Source of the DNA: Nitrososphaerota archaeon
GTDB taxonomy: Archaea; Thermoproteota; Nitrososphaeria_A; Caldarchaeales; Calditenuaceae
Assembly: GCA_033581555.1 (NCBI GenBank)
Contig: JAVQSZ010000005.1
Location: 76,832-140,831, forward strand
DNA: 64,000 bases
Reading direction: 5' to 3'
Shown here: positions 57,305 through 64,000 of the stretch, piece by piece
Position numbering within the stretch: the stretch's first letter is position 1
Layout of the letters: each line of letters opens with the position of its first letter
Translations under genes and position numbers: made by a program
The notes under the pieces: model-generated
Database searches by the model: none
Told to the model about the DNA's origin: nothing
The model's input: only the letters and a program-made list of their open reading frames with translations

Positions 57305-58308
57305 GTCCTCACGACCTTCAGCCAGTCCCTCATCCTTATCTTCATCCCGTACCGCTTCTCCCTCAGCTTCATGTGTATGAAGATCGAGATCAGCAGCCAG
57401 ACGTCCGGTATCGTCCGGTACTCCCTCCTGAACTTCTTCCTGATGAACTGGAACGCGCGGTAATAGGGCATGAAGAACGACCTCAGGGCCTCCTCGTATT
57501 CCCCGAGCCTCGAATCCGAGAGCAGCTCGGTCAGTATCTCCGCGTTCTGCATCCCGGGGATGATGCCCTCCCCCAAGACGGGGTAGACCGCTCCGACGCT
57601 CTCACCCACCCCGACGACCTTGTCGTCCCTCACTGGCATGGCCAGGTGCGGAGGCGTGATCCTCACCGGCCTCCCTACCGTCGCGAGGACCTCGCCCTCG
57701 TGCCTCGAGACGAACTCGTTCAGGACCTGGACGTGCCGCTTGTAGTAATCTCCGGCCCCGACGTGGGCCAGTCCGTCACCGAGAGGGAAGTACCACAGAT
57801 ACCCGGAGAGGGGCTTGAGGGGTCTGACGTAGAAGTCGTCGAGGGGCGGGTCCCTGTACTTCACGAGGTACTCGAGGCTCGGGATGAAGTAGTCCCTCTC
57901 GGGCCTCGGGAGGAGGGTCCTGTGGAACCCGGTCGCGTCCACGACCAGGTCGCCGTCGGGCCGGTCCGTCCTCCTCACCTCGGCGCCGTACAGCACCCTG
58001 ATCCGTTTGTGCAGGTCCAGTATCAGCCTCCTCTTGTCGAAGGTGCAGAGGCCCTTGAGGGGGACCTCGACCACCCCGTGGCCCAAGTCTACGGCCATTC
58101 TCTTCCCCACGTGGAGCACGTACTCGTCGAACTCCAGGTCCACGGCCTCGAGGAGCCTACGCATCTCGTGGTAGCTGGTCCCCCAAGCGCAGACCGCCTT
58201 GAAGCTCTCCGGTTTCTGCCTCTCGAGGACGATGACCTCGTGCTCGTCCGAGAGCAGGTTCGCGAGGTAGCTCCCTACTATCCCGCCCCCCGCTATCGTG
58301 ACCCTCAT
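57295..58308 (-). CDS. Geranylgeranyl reductase-like FAD-dependent oxidoreductase
   Basis: IAGGGIVG, VDATG, GYLWYFP, VGESVGAVYPVLGEGI. Confidence 0.85.
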   Translation of the reverse strand: MRVTIAGGGIVGSYLANLLSDEHEVIVLERQKPESFKAVCAWGTSYHEMRRLLEAVDLEFDEYVLHVGKRMAVDLGHGVVEVPLKGLCTFDKRRLILDLHKRIRVLYGAEVRRTDRPDGDLVVDATGFHRTLLPRPERDYFIPSLEYLVKYRDPPLDDFYVRPLKPLSGYLWYFPLGDGLAHVGAGDYYKRHVQVLNEFVSRHEGEVLATVGRPVRITPPHLAMPVRDDKVVGVGESVGAVYPVLGEGIIPGMQNAEILTELLSDSRLGEYEEALRSFFMPYYRAFQFIRKKFRREYRTIPDVWLLISIFIHMKLREKRYGMKIRMRDWLKVVRTYG

Positions 58309-58399
58309 CCGCCTCAGTTTGAGCTACGGCGATTATTAGGAGTGATACCTCGACAAGGGATCCGGGACGTGAAGCTGGGCTCGCCCACCCTCTCGTAGT

Positions 58400-59068
58400 T
58401 CAGCGGCCGTCCATCATCTTCGTGACCAGCCTCGAGACCTCGCGGAAGTCGTTCGCCACGAAGTGGGGCCTCGCGGTCTCTATGTCCTCGGGCCTCGCTA
58501 ATCCTCCCAGCACCAGGATGACCGGGATGCCTATCGACCGGGCCGCGAGCACGTCGACCACCGAGTCCCCGACGTATAGGGAGCCGTTGATGGTCGAGCC
58601 GCAGAGCCTTATCGCCCTCAGGAGCATGTGGGGGTCTGGCTTCATCGACATCACGTCGTCCCTCGAGACCACGCACCTCACGTACTTCAGGACCCCGGCC
58701 ATCTCGAGCGTCTTCAGCGCCGCCTCCCTCGAGTTGTTGGTCGCGACAGCGATCTTGAGGGACCCGTTCAGCCTCCCGAGCTCCTCCCTGACCCACATCC
58801 TCGGGACTGCCCGCTCCGCGGCAGAAAGCTCATAGCGTTTGAAGGTCGTGTCGATCACCCTCATCACCTCACCCTCGACCCCTGGTCCGTTCAGCTCGAG
58901 GACCTCCCTGAGGATGACAGAGAGGGGCCTTGTGAGGTCGACGCGCTCAGGGACCCTTAGCCCCATCTCCCTCAGCCTCCTGACGCTTTCGTCCTTAGCC
59001 CTCGCGATCCACTCGTGCGGGAACTCGACGACGGTCCCGTCGAGGTCGAGCATGAGGCAGTCGAGCAT
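58400..59068 (-). CDS. HAD-family hydrolase (phosphoglycolate phosphatase-like)
   Basis: DLDGT, ATNN, KPDP, VGDS..D. Confidence 0.88.
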   Translation of the reverse strand: MLDCLMLDLDGTVVEFPHEWIARAKDESVRRLREMGLRVPERVDLTRPLSVILREVLELNGPGVEGEVMRVIDTTFKRYELSAAERAVPRMWVREELGRLNGSLKIAVATNNSREAALKTLEMAGVLKYVRCVVSRDDVMSMKPDPHMLLRAIRLCGSTINGSLYVGDSVVDVLAARSIGIPVILVLGGLARPEDIETARPHFVANDFREVSRLVTKMMDGR

Positions 59069-59131
59069 CCCTCGCGCCGCCCTCGATCGGGCTCCGTAAA
59101 TGTGTAACTCCTCGAGCACCGTCTTTTCGGA

Positions 59132-59216
59132 TGCGGGGGGTGGGATTCGAACCCACGAACCCCTACGGGACAGGGTCCTAAGCCCTGCGCCTTTGACCAG
59201 GCTTGGCTACCCCCGC
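59132..59216 (-). tRNA. tRNA-Leu(TAG), intronless
   Basis: Minus strand GCGGGGGTAGCCAAGCCTGG...CAGGG-CT-TAG-GA-CCCTG...GTTCGAATCCCACCCCCCGCA. Confidence 0.95.
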
Positions 59217-59384
59217 ACCGCGGTTGAGATCCCCCGAGGTGGATTTAACCGTAGTTCTCAGATGGCGGGCTGAACTCCCCAGTTACGACGGCGCACCGGT
59301 CTCGCTCAACCCCTCACGGACAATTCCCTGGCGTAGGTGTCCGGCGGCGAATCCATATTAGCTCAAAACTCTATTATCAGTCAC

Positions 59385-60497
59385 GTGATAAAAATAGTGG
59401 CGGTCGTTCCGGCCAGAGGAGGCCTGACCGGTGCGTCGATGGCCCTAGTGAACGCGCTACTCGGTCTGGTAAGACTCTATGGAGCTTTAGTGAGGGTAAC
59501 GGTAGTCACGTCTTATAGCGCCCTGAAGTATCCGACCCTCGAGAAGCTGGTGAAAGCAGGGGCGACCTGCCATGCAGTTAAAGTTGAAGGCCTCCCGGCT
59601 CCCTTCTACTGGCTCCTCCTAGGCATGAAACTGATTCTCTCGGGGAGACACGACGTGGCCCACTTCAGCACCCCGAAGGCGCTCTTCCTCCTCTACCCTG
59701 CGGCAAGGCTCGCGGCGAGGAGGGTCGTGCTGACGCTCGAGGGCTACCCGCCGTACGAGCTCGAGGGAACTAGCGCCGGCTCCAGGCTCCTCGGCACAGC
59801 TGCGTGGTCGGCGTGCCTGAGGCTCGCGGACAGGATCGCGACCTGTTCCGATTGGTTGAGGTCGGTCGTCGAGTCAAGGCGCGGCTTCGGGTTCAAGATG
59901 GTGACGGTGCACAACCCGATCGACTTCGAGAGGTTCGGGGACAATGGGCCCTCGGACGGTCCCCTCGTGATAGTTGCCAGGCTTCACAAGGTCAAAGGAG
60001 TCGACGTGGCGATAAGGGCCCTCGCGTACCTCGCCCGATCATCGCGGGATGTCCCCAAGCTCGTGATAGTCGGCGACGGTCCCGAGCGACGGGAGCTCGA
60101 GAGCCTCTGCAGGGAGCTGGGGGTCGATCACCTCGTCGAGTTCCTGGGCCACAGGAGCGACCCGGAGAGGTGGGTGAAGTCTGCCAGCGTCGTCCTCGTT
60201 CCGTCGCGCTACGAGCCGTTCGGCATGCCGGCCGCCGAAGCCGGAGCCGCGGGGAAACCCGTCGTTGCGTCCGCAACCGGAGGGCTGAGGGAGATAGTCG
60301 TGGACGGGGTCACAGGACTGCTCTCGAGGCCCGACGACCACACGGACCTGGCGACGAAGATACAGAGACTGATGAGCGATGAAGAGGTCAGGAGGAGGAT
60401 GGGCCAGGCGGCGAGGGCGAGGGTGTTCCGGAGCTTCACGCCCGAGGCGATCGCGCCCAGGCTGATGAACCTCTACCTCGATGCGCTCAGGTCCTGA
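59385..60497 (+). CDS. Glycosyltransferase family 4
   Basis: RLHKVKG, VGDGP, PSRYEPFGMPAAEA (EX7E), GVTG. Confidence 0.9.
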   Translation: MIKIVAVVPARGGLTGASMALVNALLGLVRLYGALVRVTVVTSYSALKYPTLEKLVKAGATCHAVKVEGLPAPFYWLLLGMKLILSGRHDVAHFSTPKALFLLYPAARLAARRVVLTLEGYPPYELEGTSAGSRLLGTAAWSACLRLADRIATCSDWLRSVVESRRGFGFKMVTVHNPIDFERFGDNGPSDGPLVIVARLHKVKGVDVAIRALAYLARSSRDVPKLVIVGDGPERRELESLCRELGVDHLVEFLGHRSDPERWVKSASVVLVPSRYEPFGMPAAEAGAAGKPVVASATGGLREIVVDGVTGLLSRPDDHTDLATKIQRLMSDEEVRRRMGQAARARVFRSFTPEAIAPRLMNLYLDALRS

Positions 60498-61446
60498 GGG
60501 TCTGCTCCACGAACCAACGAGCGTACCGCTCCACCATCTCCTCCAACTCCACCTTAGGGCTCCATCCGAGCCTCTCGCGGGCCTTCGCGTTCGAGGAATA
60601 GGAGACGAGCGTCTCGTGGGGTTGGAGCTCCTTGAACACGACCTCGACCCTCTTCGAGAGCCTCTCCATCATGAGTTCAGCGACCCTCAGGACGCTCACC
60701 GACCTCCCAGCGCCGATGTTGAAGACCTCACACCCCTCCCCCCTCTCGCCGACGAGCATCGTGCCCTCGATAGCGTCCGAGACGTATGTGAAGTCCCTCT
60801 CGGCGGGCCGGAAGACCCCGTCGACCGTCCTGCCGTAGACCTCGATCGGCTCCCCTCGAACGATCCTCTCGGCGAAGACCCGGAAGACGATATTTCCCCT
60901 GCACCTCTCCCCTACCACGTTGAAGTACCTTACGATCGGACACTCAAGGCCGTACTCGTTGTGATAGTGGACGCAGAGCTGCTCCCCGAGGAGCTTGCTG
61001 AACGCGTAAGGTCCCTTAGGCCTCGGCGTCATCTCCTCCCTAAGGGGCGGCTCGTTGTCGCCGTAGACGCTGCTGCTGGACGCGAAGACGACCTTCGGCG
61101 TCGGCTCGGTCTGGCGGACGGCCTCGAGGACCGCGAGGACCGAGTTGTAGTTGTTGTGCAAGTAAAGGTAGGGATCTCCCCTACTGAGCCTGTGGGAGGC
61201 TATCGCGGCCAGGTGGTAGACCACGGTGGGCTCCGCGCCCCTCATGACCGTCCTGACCACGTCGAGGGAGGTCACGTCCGCGCGGACCACCCTCATCTTG
61301 GACGCCTTCGGGTGCCTCAGCAGGACTTGCAGGTTGTCCTCCTTCGGAGGCGCGGTCCCCAGGGCCACGACCTCCTCTCCACTGTCGAGGAGCCTCTCGA
61401 CCAGATGACTGCCGATGAACCCGAAGGCACCCGTGACTATAATCAA
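60487..61446 (-). CDS. NAD-dependent nucleotide-sugar epimerase/dehydratase
   Basis: VTGAFGFIG, HLAA, ASSSSVYG, YAFSK, RYFNV, RDFTYV. Confidence 0.92.
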   Translation of the reverse strand: MIIVTGAFGFIGSHLVERLLDSGEEVVALGTAPPKEDNLQVLLRHPKASKMRVVRADVTSLDVVRTVMRGAEPTVVYHLAAIASHRLSRGDPYLYLHNNYNSVLAVLEAVRQTEPTPKVVFASSSSVYGDNEPPLREEMTPRPKGPYAFSKLLGEQLCVHYHNEYGLECPIVRYFNVVGERCRGNIVFRVFAERIVRGEPIEVYGRTVDGVFRPAERDFTYVSDAIEGTMLVGERGEGCEVFNIGAGRSVSVLRVAELMMERLSKRVEVVFKELQPHETLVSYSSNAKARERLGWSPKVELEEMVERYARWFVEQTLRT

Positions 61447-61482
61447 CCCATCCGATCCCGGACGTGCCTCTAAAAAACCTCG

Positions 61483-62931
61483 CTACTCCCCCACCGAGAG
61501 GATCACGCTCCGGGCCTCACTGATCGCTCTCCTCGTGAGGGCCCTCGAGTCCCTGTCGATCAGCAACAGTACGGAGAAGTAGACGAGCGCACCGACCGCG
61601 ATCGTCCCCAACGTGAACAGCGTCCCTCTCGGGTTCAAGAGGAGCAGCACGGTCACCATGACCAGCGACGCGGGCACCGTCTTCTCAAGTCCGGAGAGCA
61701 CCGTTATCGCCGGAGCCCTCTTTCGGTAGAGGTAGAGCATGGGGACGAACGACACCACGCTCGCCGAGAGGCGGGCGACGGCCGCACCTGTGATCCCCGC
61801 CCAGCCGACGGCCACCACCGTGCCAAAGACTAGACCCCCTAAGTAGAGGTAGCCAGGGAGCTGCGTGACGAACAGCGCAGACCTAACGAGGCCTTTCCCC
61901 GTTGTTCCCCCCTCTGCGACCTCGAGCCCCGCTACGATGCTCCTCATTGTTAGGCTCATCACACCTATTGCGGGCACTAACAGCAGGAAGGGCAGAGCCG
62001 ATGCCGCTGGCAGGTAACGCGTCCCGAAAATCTCGACGAGCTGCGGCGCCAGCGCGATTCCCCCAACGACCATCGGTGTCGTGAAGACGTGGATGAACTT
62101 GAAGAGCGCTCTGAGCTCTGAGGGGCTGACCGTCCCCGACCTCAGCAGCGCCGGAAAGACTGCACTCATCAGTGCCTTCGCAGTCCCCACGACGCCCGCG
62201 ATCGTCAGGCCTATGCCGTACCTCGACAGGTCGTCCGACGACAATAGGACCCCGACTATGACGGAATCTGTAGCGGCCGTGAGGTACCCAATGAAGTTCT
62301 CGTGAAGGGGCAGCCAGGCCCTGCGAAGTGACCCCTTCAGCCATTCCCAGTCGAGGTCACCTTCGAAGTACTTGCGGGACACCGAGTAGAGGTAGACCAC
62401 GTAGGCCGCGTTCGCGATCACCACGGCCGCTATCACGCCCTCGAGGCCGAACGGCAGGAGCGCTAGGGCGAGCGGGATTTTCACTCCGTCAATCACCAGG
62501 GTCCTTAGCCCGAGCCTGTGGGGCTCGGTGGAGTAGGTCACCGACGTGAGCGCCGATATGACGTAGTAGAGCGGAAGCAGGAGGGCCGCGAGGGCTACGG
62601 TCCTCTGCTCTGTTCCGATAACGTCAGCCAGCACGCCGGATAGCAGCGCGAAGGCCGAGGCTATGGGGAGCGACACGAGGAGGTTGAACACGACTGCTGT
62701 CCTGCCGACCGCGTGGCCGCGGGATATCTCCATGACCGACCAGTAGGGAACGACCCTCTCGAGGACTTGGAAGTAGGGGATTACGCTCCCGATGAAGAAC
62801 CAGACCCCCAGTTCAGCCGGCTCGAGGTTCCGGGCGATGAGGACGTTGAAGACCAGACCTGTCGCTAGGGTAGTGAGGTTTCCTGCGAACATCAGGAGGC
62901 CGCTGAACCTCACGCGTATGCGTCCGCTCAA
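61483..62931 (-). CDS. Polysaccharide/oligosaccharide flippase (Wzx/MATE-like)
   Basis: Many TM segments, ARNLEPAELG, TDSVIVG; within glycan cluster. Confidence 0.75.
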   Translation of the reverse strand: MSGRIRVRFSGLLMFAGNLTTLATGLVFNVLIARNLEPAELGVWFFIGSVIPYFQVLERVVPYWSVMEISRGHAVGRTAVVFNLLVSLPIASAFALLSGVLADVIGTEQRTVALAALLLPLYYVISALTSVTYSTEPHRLGLRTLVIDGVKIPLALALLPFGLEGVIAAVVIANAAYVVYLYSVSRKYFEGDLDWEWLKGSLRRAWLPLHENFIGYLTAATDSVIVGVLLSSDDLSRYGIGLTIAGVVGTAKALMSAVFPALLRSGTVSPSELRALFKFIHVFTTPMVVGGIALAPQLVEIFGTRYLPAASALPFLLLVPAIGVMSLTMRSIVAGLEVAEGGTTGKGLVRSALFVTQLPGYLYLGGLVFGTVVAVGWAGITGAAVARLSASVVSFVPMLYLYRKRAPAITVLSGLEKTVPASLVMVTVLLLLNPRGTLFTLGTIAVGALVYFSVLLLIDRDSRALTRRAISEARSVILSVGE

Positions 62932-63065
62932 AGCTCAACGACGTTTCGTGGAGGCACCTAAAAGCCGTATGATCGCGGCCATTTAGGTGACTCGAGAGCG
63001 TGTAAACCCTATCGCTTGACACCGGTGATTTCGCACGAGTTATTACTTTTAGAACTAGGAGAGTC

Positions 63066-64000
63066 TTGAGGGGGCTGTTGGTGCTGCGCGTAGCAACTGC
63101 GGTATCAGCTTACCCTTTCTACAACTTTCGATACCTCAAGCTGATGGACGAGTTCGCGAAGCGATTCGAGTTCTACTGCTTCGCTGGGTCGCGCCTACCC
63201 ACAAAGAACGAACCAGCCGTGACCCATGCTAAAGTCGTTCACGTCCTGCCCTTCAGGATCCCGCGGAGAATGGGGTACAGGATAGGACCGTTGGTCTCGA
63301 GCGTGTGGATCAACTCGGTGCGGCCTAATGTCGTGTGGCTCTTCGACACTGCCGGGCCTCTGATGCCCCTGTTGTTCGAGAGACCGATCGTCTTGGATTC
63401 GGATGACCCCTACATCCTCATGCCCGGGAAGAAGTCTCGCGTCAAGACCCTGAACGAGCTGAGGCTACTGCGCGACAAGAGGGTCAAAGCCGTGGTCGTG
63501 CCGACTGAGCTAATACGATCGAAATTCGTCAAGCTCGGCCTGGATCCGGAGGAGGTCCACGTGATCCCTAATGGAGTCGATACGAATTTGTTCAGGCCCA
63601 CCCCGCTGTCAGAGGAACCCGTCGTTCTCTATCACGGGGCTTTTCCGGAGTTCAGGGCTAGACTGCTCGCTCAGGTGGTGGAGCTTACCTGTCGGTTAGA
63701 CCCCGAGGTGAAGTTCATCCTGATAGGTGATGTCCCTGTATGGTTCAAGAGGAGGATTGCGGAGATAGGATGTGCTGATAGGGTGCAGATGCCGGGGTTC
63801 GTCCCCCACGACGAGCTCCCGAAGTGGTTAGAGAGGGCGAGGGTTTGCTGTTTCCTCAGGACAGGTCGCTGGGAGGAAGGCTCCCAGCAAAGCTGCTGGA
63901 GTACATGGCCGCGGGTAGACCCATCGTGGCGACCGACGTTGACGAGTCTTTCCCCCTCAAGGAGTCCGGTGCAGGGGTTGTAGTGCCCGTCGACGCAAAA
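63066..64000 (+). pseudogene. Glycosyltransferase family 4, frameshifted near 63848 and running off the window
   Basis: IPNGVD, GFVPHDEL in first frame; KLLEYMAAGRPIVATD appears in a different frame after gtttgctgttt. Confidence 0.7.

Noticed and set aside
48378-59216. Integrated element bounded by the two tRNA-Leu genes (identical 3' ends)
   Set aside because: Both are complete tRNAs with different anticodons; the interval holds argS and other tRNAs and no integrase.
1-64000. CRISPR array, transposase or provirus
   Set aside because: No regularly spaced repeats or mobile-element and viral hallmark proteins recognised.

Overview
High-GC archaeal chromosomal window. Gene content (aCPSF1/FttA, Top6A, SBDS, ABCE1, single-OB SSB, BHB-intron tRNAs) suggests a TACK thermophile, plausibly Aigarchaeota/Caldarchaeales; this is inference, not a database result. 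It is mostly housekeeping and metabolic DNA: branched-chain amino acid and arginine synthesis, a molybdo-flavoenzyme plus amidohydrolase cluster, NAD salvage, a stand-alone nurA-herA pair, stomatin/NfeD, a P-type ATPase, ArgRS, four tRNAs and the start of a glycosylation cluster. No CRISPR array, integrase or transposase was seen. Most notable: (1) a cstA - small protein - two unequal ArsA/Get3 ATPases - three uncharacterised genes cluster, with one ATPase degenerate in its switch motifs; (2) several conserved genes that appear to need CTG or ATC start codons; (3) a tRNA-Leu(CAA) with two BHB introns, one in the variable arm, and a tRNA-Ala with a 43/44 intron; (4) a membrane-protein gene broken by a G15 tract and an amber codon; (5) a structured leader before leuA-ilvB and an unexplained structured 320-nt gap. 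All product calls come from motif recognition by eye.
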